NCBI RefSeq assembly: GCF_006345805.1
Contig: NC_042999.1
Location: 54,250,001 to 54,314,000 of the forward strand
Direction: 5' to 3'
Source of the DNA: Octopus sinensis
Taxonomy: Eukaryota
DNA: 64,000 bases
Shown in pieces: positions 12,891 to 25,850 of this stretch. The stretch's first letter is position 1. Every line of letters starts with the position of its first letter. Made by a program: the position numbers and the translations under genes. The notes under the pieces were generated by a model, which was given only the letters and a program-made list of their open reading frames with translations, was not told where the DNA came from and searched no databases.

Positions 12891-14239
12891 CATAAATTTT
12901 AGCGACAAAATTTTATATGGGCCCCCAAAGGTTCATATCAAACCCGGTTGAGAACCATTGACCGAGGAAATCCCTAGGCTGTCCCTAAATAATAATAATT
13001 GTTCAGGGAGGGATGATAAGACGTCCTACGATGATGTTGACAGAGATGTCCCATGTCACATCTGACAAATAGGTTCCACTCTGATCGCTGATATTTATTT
13101 ATCTCTGGCGGCCACCAGCAATTCAATGATAACGGGGGTTGTTCGACTATAACGGAGAGGATGTTGACATACAGGGGAAGGGTGCGGCGGGAAGAGAGAT
13201 AGACGGAACGAAATGGCGGGTCAATAGTTAAAAAGGGGTTTGTAGCTATGTATGAGAGTGTATATATGTGGGTAGGTTTGGATTGGTGTATGTGTTTGTG
13301 TGAGACGGAGCGTGCGTGTGTGTGTGTTTGTATGTGTGTAGTTTATTTGCTTGTGATTTTTAGACGTGTATGTGTGAGGGGGTGTGTGTATACATATATG
13401 TATATATTTGTACAAAAGTGTGTGTGTGCGTGTGTGTGTGTGTGTGTCTGTGTGAATATGTATTTGTGTGCATTTGCCAAAAAAGAACTAGTTTACATCA
13501 CTGGATGCAAATGAAGTCAAAAATATTACTTCAGAGTTTCCCTTCTCCCAAAGTGATCCCTAAACAAAGTCTAAGGGTGTCTCGGTTCCAGCTGCAAGAT
13601 GGCCGTTAACTGTACTGAGTTCCTCCTCTCTTCGGCAGGATTTGTTTTCCCTCCTGCACCGTGGTCCAACAAAAGCCACCTCCTTTACCAGGCAAGCTTG
13701 ATATGTTTGCCGGTTTAGTCGCCAACGGTCCGACCATGTGACAAGCTGTAGTGAGTTACCTGTTACCAGTTTCCCTGAGAGTGATCTGACATTGTTTAGA
13801 GAGTGGTGTTGGCCTTGTGCAAGGCCGTTCTTTAATTCAAAAAGCCTTTGACAGAGGCATCGCATGATTTTGAATATCTCTATTAGGTATCACATATTAT
13901 GGCTGGCCGCAAGGTAAAGCAGTCAATAGGATAAGCAGTCAATAAAAAATCCTATGATAGAAGAAGGCATACGTCAGCATAGGTAGTAAATCCTCTAAAC
14001 ACCTGTTGCAAGAGGTGCCCATCATTTCCATATCAATACAAATGAATGAATGTCCCTAACACGATTGAAATGCCACATATGTGCTGTTCATGTTTAAGAG
14101 AACAATTGAGCTGTGACATTGTTCAAAATCAAGGTGAAGTTATCTTATATGAAAGTATGTATGTATTTATGTATGTATGTATGTATGTATGTATGGATGG
14201 ATGGATGGATGGATGGATGGATGGAGGGAGGGACGGATG

Positions 14240-14520
14240 GATGCGTTCTCTTTATTTTTTCTAAATTTAGAATCAATTTTGACTGGCCACCTGCTTGGTA
14301 GCAAAGTTCTGACGGAAAGCATCCTGTTTTGATCATTATATTTTAAATCTTAAGAAGGTCTTGCAGATTTTTATAATCGCATATAACGTAATCATTCGTA
14401 GCGAATTAATTAAGGAGCTGCATTCTCTTCTCAACAACCCCGAGTTCAGCCTTTGCTCCAGGCGGGTTGTTGCATATCTTGTTGCTCCAGTAATACTAAT
14501 AGGGACGAAGTTGTACATGT
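14240..14520 (-). mobile_element. RLE-type non-LTR retrotransposon 3' end next to (TACA)n
   Basis: ORF 14336-14518 FVPISITGA...IIKICKTFLRF matches 61000-61235 (VIIGALG...TIKICKTF). The downstream flank in sense is (CATC)/(TACA)n. Confidence 0.65.
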
Positions 14521-14624
14521 ATGTATGCTATGCCAGTATGCACGTATGCCTGCATGTGTGTAGGTATATATATTACATATATTTGTGTAGACACATATGT
14601 ATATGTGTACACGTCCATATATAT

Positions 14625-14930
14625 ATATGCCTTGTGAGTGGATTTGGTAGACGGAAACTGAAAGAAGCCTGTCGTATATATGTATATGTATGTGTGTGTG
14701 TGTGTGTGTTTGTGTGTGTTAGTGTGTCTGTGTTTGTCTCCCTAGCATTGCTTGACAACCGATGCTGGTGTGTTTACGTCCCCGTAACTTAGCGGTTCGG
14801 CAAGAAAGACCGATAGAATAAGTACTGGGCTTACAAAGAATAAGTCCCGGGGTCGATTTGCTCGACTAAAGGCGGTGCTCCAGCATGGCCGCAGTCAAAT
14901 GACTGAAACAAGTAAAAGAGTAAAAGAGTA
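14625..14930 (+). mobile_element. SINE S2, 5'-truncated
   Basis: Matches 52060-52342; tail gtaaaagagtaaaagagta. Confidence 0.9.
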
Positions 14931-15479
14931 CACATCATATATGTATGTACGTACGCATGTATATGTGTATGGGTGCGTGATTGTTTGTACATTATACATA
15001 CAGTCTAAAGTCGTGAATATATTTTGTTTCCCAACAACTACACGTACACGCGCTCCCATTCACACACATCAAGCTAAGTGCATTCATCCATATGTGTATA
15101 TACACTCACATTTTTCTCTAATAATATAATTATTGCTATCTGCTGTACTGGTTTTATAATTGACATTCTTTCAGCTCAAATTATTATATAATATCGCATA
15201 TCCGGTTTGTGAAATATCTACTCAAGTTTCGCTTGCAATTTCATTGTAATTAGCTTCTTTACAACTGCAACTTTCTACGCTCCTTTTTAATTAATTGTTA
15301 CTGTCGCATGCAGTACTTTCACTACACGGAATTTAAATATGTTCCTATGAATGAACTCGATGTTGAATGGAGAGAACTTTTCGTTGGTTGCCTTCGTCCG
15401 TTCAAGAAACACAGAGTTTATTACGACACAACAAATGTGGCAGATTAAAGATGTATGACAGAAATAAACAAAATAAAAT

Positions 15480-15615
15480 ATAAAATCAATTACAGCGTGG
15501 AAGGTGTTTATAAGCCATATAAAAAACACACAAAAACCGTTAGATTCACTTCAACATTTAAATTTGTCAAAATATTTTCATCGCTTTGAGACTGCAGACC
15601 TGTTCACTGACAAAA
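15480..15615 (-). mobile_element. Internal fragment of the MITE at 16115-16365, inverted
   Basis: Reverse complement of ~16175-16300. Confidence 0.8.
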
Positions 15616-15689
15616 TTCTGTTGTGTTTACATACACACACACACACACAACACACACACACACACACAACACACACACACACATATATA

Positions 15690-15757
<68 letters not shown>

Positions 15758-15819
15758 CAGCTACACATACATACCTATATGTGTATATGTATATATATAT
15801 ATAATATATATATTCTTTT

Positions 15820-16020
15820 ATTCTTTTACTTTTTTCAGCCCTTTTGACTGCGGCCATATTGAAGCACCGCCTTTAGTTGAACAAATTGACACCAGGGATT
15901 ATTCTTTGTAAGCCCAGTACTTTTTCTATCAGTCTCCTTTGCTGAACTGCTATGTTAGGGGGACATAAGCACACTAACATCGATTGTCAAGCGATGGCGG
16001 GGCGACAAACACACACACAC
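15820..16020 (-). mobile_element. SINE S2 3' half
   Basis: tttgactgcggccatattgaagcaccgcc...cgattgtcaagcgatg is the reverse complement of the S2 tail. Confidence 0.8.
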
Positions 16021-16039
16021 ACAAACACACACACATACA

Positions 16040-16114
<75 letters not shown>

Positions 16115-16116
<2 letters not shown>

Positions 16117-16365
16117 TACGGAGATGTACTTGCATAGTAAGTGACCTGACAAAATTCCGATGCAGCATGGAATTTATTCAGTGAACAGGTCGTGGTCTCA
16201 AATCGACGAAAATATTTTGACAAATTAAATTTAAATGTTGAAGTGAATCTAACGGTTTTTGTGTGTTTTTAAATGGCTTATAAACACCTTCCACGCTGCA
16301 ATTATTTTTGCTTCAGCACACGATCTCAGATCAGGTCACTTGCTATGCAAGTATATCTCCGTAAT
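16115..16365. mobile_element. MITE, ~250 bp, with ~35-bp terminal inverted repeats in TA context
   Basis: attacggagatgtacttgcatagtaagtgacctga ... tcaggtcacttgctatgcaagtatatctccgtaat; TA-rich flanks suggest Tc1/mariner type. Confidence 0.85.
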
Positions 16366-16864
16366 ATATAGAATGTAGACGGGGGTTGAGAAACTCTCAA
16401 GAGAGCTGAACAGCAGAAGGTATTCAGAGAAGAAATCCCACCCCATTCAAAGGGTGTGGAGTGGGGCAGAACGAGTTGCGTTCAGGTCTTGACTTTTGGG
16501 TGCTCTTCTGCTGTCACATTTTAGTCAGATATCGGAGACTTGTACATTTAAACCACTTATAGATTCCATTCAGTTGTAACTCGTCTCCTTTTAAACTTAT
16601 TCTTAAAGAAGAAATAGCGCTGGTTGTCATGGTAGCGGTGAAGCGTCAACACTATCGCAATGACTCGCTCAGAGTTACTTCCCTTAGCGTTAAACTACAA
16701 AACTATTGCCTACGAAAGATGAAGTTGATTAAGCATTTTCCGGTCTGTGTCTGCTGGTTTTATAGGAATCCCATTGGTCCATGTTAAGCAGGTATCTACA
16801 CATGCACAGGCTATCAGTTACCCAACAATACACGTCAGCCTCCCCGCCTCTCTCTTCCTCTCTC

Positions 16865-16908
<44 letters not shown>

Positions 16909-17496
16909 CCCACTTTTTTGCAGATGTTTATTCAAAACAAAGGCCACCAACTTGGGACGAGATAGCTAGGTGCCAGCGTCGTCACAGACATTGTTTTCAG
17001 AAGACTAAGAACCGCAACAGATTCCACATGGTATCTTACCCCACCCTCAAACAGTTCCACCAGCCTACCGTCCTCATCGACCTGAAAACGATGAAAGGCA
17101 AAGTTGACTGCAACAGTATTCAAACTCGAAAAGCGTCACAACAAATGTGAGTCCTTCCATCCAACGTTCTACCGATCCGGGCAATTTCCCGCCTAGTCCG
17201 GCTTTTAAGGAACTCTCTCTTCATACACACAACACATCACCATCTAACAGCATTTGTTTTACCATCTATAGAATTCTATCACAGACAAAATCCCTCATAA
17301 GTAATGTGTTGAATTTATTTTAAAAGCTGCAGTACTTGACTGGTTCTTTAATATATCGATCCGAAAGGATAAAAAGTAAAGCTCACCCCGTTGGTATTTG
17401 AACTATGAATGTGTAGAGCCACAACTAAATATCTCAAAATAATTTTGTGTAACCCTCCAACGATTTTAACCAGCCACCGTTCTGTTACTGAATATT

Positions 17497-17730
17497 GGGC
17501 GGCAAGCTGGTAGAATCGTTAGCACGTCGGGCGAAATGCTTAGCGGTATTTCGGCTGCCGTTACGTTCTGAGTTCAAATTCCTCCGAGGTCGACTTTGCC
17601 TTTCATCCTTTCGGGGCCAATAAATTAAGTACCAGTTACGCACTGGGGTCGATGTAACCGACTTAAGCTCTTTGTCTGTCCTTGTTTGTCTCCTCTGTGT
17701 TTAGCCCACTGTGGGCAATAAAGAAATATA
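17497..17730 (+). mobile_element. SINE S3
   Basis: Matches 12238-12452. Confidence 0.85.
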
Positions 17731-18255
17731 TATTGGGCATCTGTGAGGAAACCGCCTTCAAGATAGTCTCATGGAGTTAAGTTACTATAATGTCAATAAC
17801 AGATATTATTATGAGTTAAGCTGGTATTTGAAACATAAATAATATGGAATTTTGATGGTAGGTTTTAATCCCTTGCTACAATAAACTTGTAGCATGGGAC
17901 CAGAGGGATGTTTTGGGCGCTTACTATCTAAAGGGTTAATGTGTACAGGGTAAAATATTTATGAACCAAAATAAGGAAAAAAGTAGGGTTACATGTTTTC
18001 TCTGCAGCCATCACTCCTCAATCATAAAACAAAATTCATAAAGAGGTTACAGGGTGAAATGTCAGCTGATTTGTTATAGAATATCGTCGTCCGATGGGAA
18101 ATAGAATTATTTTGATAATCAGCAGTTTTGTTTGGAGATAATTACTCAACAATCAAGCAAATGCACTGATAAATTATTCAGTAATAATAGTAATAATAAC
18201 AACAACAATGATAATAATTATAATAATAACAACAACAACAATAATAATAGTAATA

Positions 18256-19075
18256 CTTTTTTCTGTCAATGCCGGGGTGGTGAGGCGAGTTGAGCGCCCA
18301 TCACTTATAAAATGCCCCAATGGCTTGTGCTAGAACTGTCCTCAGACAATGAAACCCGACTCCTTCGCCAAACCAACAGGAGAAGAGTGGGAAAATGCGA
18401 GTATCTGGAGCCTTCAAATAATCAGAGCTCCGAGTAGGCTGTATTCGTTAGCCTTGGGTGACAAGCGGCTTGGGAGAACCAGAGGAGGAAGGACCCTATC
18501 GCCTTGGTGGACTACCTTGATAGAGATAGTCTCTCGATAAAAATACCGGTTGGTAGGAAACCAAAAACACACCTCATTTATGAGTGAAAATGCCAAGCAA
18601 ATCAGATGACCGTAACAGTGTGAACGGGACTGGGATCAATGGTGAAGGTGTCGCATCCGGCAGGTACCCCACTGTGCAACAGGGTGGGCCCGGTCGTAAT
18701 CTAGCAACTGTTAGCCATGCTACAAGGCATAAGTGGAGTAGACAAGTAAACAAGGCGGTTACGTAGTATTACTCCCGGAGCAAAAAGATTGGTACAGACG
18801 AAGAAAACAAAAGATTCTGGTCGAACATATAGTCTCAGGAGAAACAACACGAAACTGAAGCAGAGTGGTTAAAGACACTCAAAGAAGAGAGTGTATGATT
18901 TGAGAATAAGCGAGGACATGATTAGAGAACACTGCAGGAGAATTCGTAATTGGAAAGCGCCTGACCAAGAAGGGGTTCAGGACTTTTTGCTTACAAACTT
19001 GACAACTCTACATAGGAGAATTACGGGACAGCTGCAAACTTTCTAACGGATCAGCCTCCAGATGAATGCAAGCCA
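18256..19075 (+). mobile_element. R4/Dong-like non-LTR retrotransposon: 5' UTR, N-terminus and pre-RT segment, internally deleted
   Basis: Follows a (TAA/CAA)n tract. ORF 18584-18766 ends HKWSRQVNKAV, then ...KRFWSNI*SQEKQHE.EAEWLK...IRNWKAP..GVQ, typical of R4/Dong ORFs. Confidence 0.65.
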
Positions 19076-19086
19076 ACCGAGAGAGT

Positions 19087-19136
<50 letters not shown>

Positions 19137-19145
19137 GACAGAGAC

Positions 19146-19214
<69 letters not shown>

Positions 19215-19535
19215 ATGAAATATGTACAGCACTCCCTCATTTAAATCTCTTTCATGCACCAAGTCACATCATGGCTGCTAAGGTGGCCATCTTGTGGATG
19301 ACGAACAAGTTGATATGAGAGGAATTTTGTGAAAGAAATAAACAAACAAACATATTAAACAATAGATAATTGCCATCACAGTCACAGTCCAGTGATGGGG
19401 AGCATAAAATAACCTTCCTTGAAATGATGAAGAATGTAAATGAGGAAATGTTTGTACGCGACAAAAACATCGTTAACAACACGTAACAGTTTTCATCTGG
19501 CCACAACCAGTGTTATGGCGCATTAAGGATGTTTG

Positions 19536-19574
<39 letters not shown>

Positions 19575-19622
19575 TAGAGAGAGAAAGAGAGAGCTAGTCA
19601 CTGAAGTAGACACCCAACAGAA

Positions 19623-19754
19623 CAGGGCCGGCCCAAGGTACCGGCAACTCGGCCAGTCGCCCGGGGTGCATGTGATGGGGAGCGCCGAGGAGGCCGTCAC
19701 AAAGACAAGGAGTTCAGCTTGACCATGGCGCCAGCGACTCTGGGGCCGTCCCTG
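19623..19754. mobile_element. Short GC-rich element with terminal inverted repeats (possible MITE)
   Basis: cagggccggccc ... gggccgtccctg; no target-site duplication found. Confidence 0.35.
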
Positions 19755-19789
19755 GCCATAGAACAGGCCGAAGAACAACAACAACGACA

Positions 19790-20015
19790 AAAATGGTGAT
19801 GATGATGGTGATGATCATGATCATAACGATGATGATGCTCACGATAATGATTATGATAATGATTATGATGGTGATGACGACGACGACGACGACTACGACG
19901 ACGATGATGACAACGATGATGATTATGATGATGATGATGATGGGAGGAGGAGGAGGAGGAGGAGGAGGACGACGACGATGATGATTATGACGACGACGAC
20001 GACGATGACGACGAC

Positions 20016-20048
<33 letters not shown>

Positions 20049-20181
20049 AATGATGGGGGAGGAGGAGGAGGACGATGACGATGATGATTATGACGACGAC
20101 GACGACGATGACGACGATGATGATGATGATGATGATGATAATGATGGGGAGGAGGAGGAGGACGATGACGATGATGATTAT

Positions 20182-20222
<41 letters not shown>

Positions 20223-20226
20223 TGAC

Positions 20227-20263
<37 letters not shown>

Positions 20264-20275
20264 GTCATGATCATG
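19790..20275. repeat. Compound (GAT)/(GAC)/(GGA)n microsatellite with internal block duplication
   Basis: Seen directly. Confidence 0.95.
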
Positions 20276-20416
20276 AGGATGAAACCACCTTGTTGTTGGC
20301 GAATATTTTAGCTGTTTGCTTTGGAAATCGAAACTAAGAAAAAATTAATTTTCTTTTCAGCATTTTAGATTGGAGTTCGATGTCTGAGAATGGGTAAGAG
20401 CTATTTTGAAAAGAGA

Positions 20417-20454
<38 letters not shown>

Positions 20455-20634
20455 TGAGTGAGAGAAAGAGACAGACAGACAGACAGAGACAGACGGAAGG
20501 AGAGAGAGAGAGAGAGAGAGGGGCAGTTTTGCACAGTTACCATTTTGGTGAAAGTGTTGGTGATCATCTTCGCTGGCTGCCTAGGGCCATACATAAAAAA
20601 AGGAGTTACAACACTACATATTATACTTTATATT

Positions 20635-20969
20635 CTGTTTACTTCAGTTATTGAAGTACGGTCATACTGGGGCAGCGCCTTGACGGATTTAATCCACCAA
20701 GCCATTTACTTATTCTATTAGTCTTTTTATTCCGAACTGCTAAGTCACAGAGTGGGGACTAAACAAACTAAAGACCGGTTATCAAGCGGTGGTGAGCATC
20801 AAGTTCAAACACAGAGATAATGACGACGGGATTCCACACAGTTTCCGTCTACGAAATGTGCTCTCGAGCTATCGGTCAGCCTGGGGCTATAGTAGTAGAC
20901 ACATGCCGAAGATGATGCGCAGTCGGACTGAACCCGAAACCACACGGGCACAAAACGAGCTCTTTAACC

Positions 20970-20970
<1 letters not shown>
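20635..20970 (-). mobile_element. SINE S2, diverged
   Basis: Reverse complement of the S2 tail, core and head (gtcggactgaacccgaaacc). Confidence 0.7.
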
Positions 20971-21068
<98 letters not shown>

Positions 21069-21230
21069 GTACCCATATGCGTGTATATATACATGTAGAG
21101 GTAGGTACGTACATATATGTATGTATATATGCATGTTTTATTTATCAATTCATTATATATATATATATAATATATATATATATATAATATATATATATAT
21201 ATATAATATATATATATATATGTATATATG

Positions 21231-21264
<34 letters not shown>

Positions 21265-21369
21265 TTGTCAAATTGAATATTAAAAGTTGTACATTAACAA
21301 TCGAACACGAAAAACAGTAAATAACAAAAGAAAAGGACGTACATATGGAATGTACGAATGTATGTATAT

Positions 21370-21660
21370 ATGCAACATCCTGTGTTTCAGAGACCCACAC
21401 CTTTTTAATATTCTCCCAAAGAGCCTGAGGAACCTGCACAAAGTAGATGTAGGCGTTTTCAACTCAAGGCTGGACCTCTTCCTATCGAGAGTCCCAGATG
21501 AACCTACCTCACGGCAAGAGATGCAAGTGAAGGTAGCTACATCAAACTCCATTCTTCACCAAGTACCACATATTAGAGGAGGATCTCAGTAAAAACAGTG
21601 TAGCGAAACGGCGGTGCTTCAGCATGGCCACAGCTTAAAGCTGAAACTACAAAAAAAGTA
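21370..21660 (+). mobile_element. CR1-group LINE 3' end (ORF2 C-terminus and 3' UTR)
   Basis: [17 protein letters not shown]...F.SRLDLFLSRVPDEP motif; the 3' UTR ends ggcggtgcttcagcatggccacagcttaaagctgaaac. Confidence 0.7.
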
Positions 21661-21672
21661 TATAAATATTAA

Positions 21673-22494
21673 CAGGTTGGGTGTAAAATAACTAGGCATT
21701 AGAAATTGCTTATAGAATTTTTAGTATCACTGAAATCATGAGAAAAACATTTTTTAACACTAATGGGGATTTTTTTTTCCTATTGTCTGATTTCTTCTTA
21801 TTTTCCAGATGGTCGGTCGCTTGGCTGTTCAGGAACGAGCTAAGATAGCAACACGCTATGAAGTGTGGAATTCCATTGTTTTGGTTCAGAGATGGTGGAG
21901 AGGGAAGCATGCAACACTACGTCGTGAAACAATAAAAAGTTGTCATGCAAAGCTGATGACTACGGGCTCTGTGAACGATGCAAAATGTGGCTGTCCAACA
22001 ACATCCCGATCAGCGGACATCATGGCAACAGTGCAGGAAATGTTTAATCACATCCCGCAAAAATCAACATGTCAAGCAGCTCGTGAATGTGGACGAACAA
22101 GACACGCAATACGTACGGTGTTGCATAAAGAATTGCATTTTCTTCTGTGGAAACCACCAAAGTTCAGAACTCCAAGAACTCCAGGTCTCATTTCACGTGA
22201 TTTTTACCTGTTGTGTTACACAAAAGAGATGGTGTAGATGGCAAAACCTCGCACACGAGAGGACTTGGAGACGCGGATTCAGGAGATTCACAATGATATT
22301 CTAGACGACATCCTTCAGAGGTTTGTTGATTCCATCCCTGACTGTTTGAAGAAACAGTTTGAGGAAACCGTTGCTTACGTTGAAATACGAAGATTTACTT
22401 TCATTTTCCCATGTCATTTGTTTCAATAAATTTGTTAAAGGAATATGGATTTTATTACCAATTTTTAATGCCTACTTACTTTTCACCCACCCTG
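21673..22494 (+). mobile_element. Internally deleted Tc1/mariner DNA transposon
   Basis: ~36-bp TIRs (caggttgggtgtaaaataactaggcattagaaattg / caatttttaatgcctacttacttttcacccaccctg). N-terminal HTH (QERAKIATRYEV..SIVLVQRWWR) is fused to a degenerate 'SPDLTPxDFxLWGY.K..VY..KPRT' C-terminus; the catalytic middle is missing. Confidence 0.85.
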
Positions 22495-22507
22495 TGTATA
22501 TACATAG

Positions 22508-22564
<57 letters not shown>

Positions 22565-22567
<3 letters not shown>

Positions 22568-23252
22568 CATAAGGGACTAAAGCCATCTGAATATGGCTAG
22601 GGACAGGACAGGGTGGTGGGGGTGTTACTGTTGCATTTAGCCCCAGGCGAACATCGACGTCGCCAGATAGGCTTGACACCATCACGGTGTCCTTTAACCT
22701 GCAAAGGGAGATAATTCCCTGATGAAGCGGAAACCACACACGGACCATGGTTTCAAGGTGTATTGCCTATCGTCAACGTGTGGTAGGCCTCCGCTTCCTC
22801 GACGAAATCTCACTCTGCAGGATATTCATATATAGATTTTCAAGCAAAATACATTTGCTAATTTCGAAAATCTGTTCGACAGCAATAATAATTCTCTAAA
22901 AGAGATTTTTCGAAATCAGCAAATGTATTTTGCTTGAAAATCTATATATGAATATCCTGCAGAGTGAGATTTCGTCGAGGAAGCGGAGGCCTACCACACG
23001 TTGACGATAGGCAATACACCTTGAAACCATGGTCCGTGTGTGGTTTCGCTTCATCGGGGAATTATCTCCCTTTGCAGATTAAAGGACACCGTGATGGTGT
23101 CAAGCCTATCTGGCGACGTCGATGTTCGCCTGGGGCTAAATGCAACAGTAACACCCCCACCACCCTGCCCTGTCCCTAGCCATATTCAGATGGCTTTAGT
23201 CCCTTATGTTATCGAGCAGTTACTGTCTATATCTCTTTTAGAGAATTATTAT
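22565..23252. repeat. Long palindrome: ~305-bp arms (22565-22870 / 22906-23210), 35-bp spacer, right extension complementary to the spacer
   Basis: Arms are reverse complements with at least five differences. Spacer ataataattctctaaaagagat pairs with atctcttttagagaattattat (~23230-23251). (TA)n on both sides. Confidence 0.9.
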
Positions 23253-23285
<33 letters not shown>

Positions 23286-23645
23286 CATACACATACATAC
23301 ACATACCCATGAAACGTATGTAGTATTTTACTTATTATATTATATTTTACTTTTTTATACTTTTTGGTTAGTTATTAAAAAAAATAAAATAAAATAAATT
23401 TTAAATATTAAAATTTAAAAGCATAAATTTAAAAATTTTAAATTTTAATAATTTAAAGTTTAAATTTTATATTTTATATATATATTATATATATTAATTA
23501 TATTTATTTTAGGTTTTGGTTTATGTCTATTACTGAGTTGCCTAACTGGTTTTATCTCTAATTTAATTTATATTTATTTTTATTCAATTTATATGTATAT
23601 GTATATATGTGCTTATTTAGGTACGTATTTATGTATGTAAATATG

Positions 23646-23700
<55 letters not shown>

Positions 23701-23734
23701 GTGTGTGTGTGCGTGTGTGTGTGTTTGATGCTTC

Positions 23735-23775
<41 letters not shown>

Positions 23776-23789
23776 GTAAAATAAGCCAA

Positions 23790-24470
23790 GTGCAACTCAC
23801 ACGAAGTCATCACCGTGAAAGGACCATCAAGATGAATCAGGGCGCGATTCCATTTACTTTTTGACGTAACAATGTCTTAAGTTGTACGAATTAATTTTGC
23901 ACATCTCCCGCTTCAGCCTAAACACTGACGTCTCCCTTGCCCTTTCTATAATGCTTCATGTTGTATTGTTAAATTGCTTTCTGTAACCTTCTCTCTGCTA
24001 ATGTTTCTCAAACAACACAATATATTTCTGTCTAATTTTAGAGCTTCTGTACAAAGTTCTTGTTAAAGATCTCCGATAACTGTGAAGGTCTTTTGTTCCA
24101 ATACGATGGGCCATTCTTCATCGTGGTTCTTTCCTTTTACTGCTTAATGTCCCCCACGCTTTCCCGCCTTACTCCAGACTTCACCTCTTCGTCTTCCCTG
24201 TATCACAGTAGCATAAAGCTGGTGCTTTGGTTCTCTTGTAGAATTCGTGCTGATGGAGGGCTACAGAGGACAACGCACTCCCTTAGGGTTCTACGTCATC
24301 AGTTTTCTCAGAGTCCCTAGGAATTTGGCTGCTCTGTCATTGTTTCCATCCTAACCATCATGGCAGTTGCAACAAACTGTGCCCCGCCCCAACGGATGAA
24401 GCATACAAACTACAACGCAACGTCAAGAGTTCTTCCAATTCCCTTTTCGAGGGCTTCAGGAAATTGTTTG
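23790..24470 (-). mobile_element. Highly degraded retrotransposon-like 5' region (possibly R4/Dong-like)
   Basis: Coding-like purine-rich minus strand with many stops; weak resemblance only. Confidence 0.25.
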
Positions 24471-25210
24471 GTTTCTGCATGCATAGATATGTTCCATCCT
24501 CCTTTCTTTATATTATGTAAGATATATTCTAGAGGCATTCTCATTTGTGAAGTACTTCACTTTTCTGCTGACTGAATTTCGCTCTTATTGGTTATCTCTC
24601 TTTGACTCGCATCGCTAAGAAAAGTTGCAGTGTATTACATCATTTTCTTTTTCTTTTTTTTTCTGTAATTTTAAATTATCACATTCACTGTTTTTGTTAA
24701 GTCTATTTGAAAAAAAAACACTTAACAACAAACAGGAAGGTTTTGGAAACGTTTTACGACATTTAAATTTTTCTTTTGCCGAAACGTTTTATGTATTCTA
24801 CCAATGCCCTTCATGCGCTCCTCTTGGAATACTAACAATACTGAAAATGGTCAATCGGTTGTTAAAATATACACACTGGAAAACATATTTAAACGAATTT
24901 TGTCCAAACCCAGAAAACGTGGGGAGGGATCGATAATCCGTACTCTGTCCTCTCTCAGTGGTTCAGAATAAAGAACACGCAAAATCCGGGTTTTTTTCTA
25001 ACAATTTAACACGGTAAAACGGAGGGTGGCGTTTAGGGTTCTCTGTGAATGAAATACGCCGGTTTAATAAAGAGGGTTTATATTGGCGTCCCTTAAATTC
25101 CATTTTTGCCAAACTGTCTGCGCCTGAACGTGTATAAACGAAGCAATAAATAAGACCCTTAATCGTAATTAGTAATGCGATATACATAATTTAGTTTTAT
25201 ACATTCTCAA

Positions 25211-25211
<1 letters not shown>

Positions 25212-25244
<33 letters not shown>

Positions 25245-25264
25245 TGATGATGATGATGATGATA

Positions 25265-25315
<51 letters not shown>

Positions 25316-25502
25316 GTGATGATGGTGATGATGATGATGGTGATGATGGTGATGATGGTGATGATGGTGATGGTGGTGACGATGGTGATGGTGGTGATGG
25401 TGGTGATGATGGTGATGATGGTGATGATGGTGACGATGGTGATGGTGGTGATGGTGGTGATGATGGTGATGGTGGTGATGATGGTGATGATGGTGATGAT
25501 GG

Positions 25503-25552
<50 letters not shown>

Positions 25553-25798
25553 GTGATGATGGTGATGATGATGATGGTGATGATGGTGATGATGGTGATG
25601 ATGGTGATGGTGGTGACGATGGTGATGGTGGTGATGGTGGTGATGATGGTGATGATGGTGATGATGGTGACGATGGTGATGGTGGTGATGGTGGTGATGG
25701 TGGTGATGATGGTGATGGTGGTGATGATGGTGATGATGGTGATGATGGTGATGATGATGATGATGAGGATGATGATGATGATGATGATGATAATAATA

Positions 25799-25850
<52 letters not shown>
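25212..25850. repeat. Compound (AAT)/(GAT)/(GGT)n microsatellite
   Basis: Seen directly; an internal block of ~240 bp is duplicated. Confidence 0.95.

Noticed and set aside
13540-13865. 101-aa minus ORF in non-microsatellite sequence
   Set aside because: No recognisable motif or convincing splice signals; possibly an old repeat, cannot be supported.
19714-20337. Poly-D, poly-M and poly-I ORFs
   Set aside because: Pure trinucleotide microsatellite, open in several frames on both strands.
22718-22755. ctgatgaagcggaaac inside the palindrome arm as a hammerhead
   Set aside because: No stem II, and stem I cannot pair next to the putative cleavage site.
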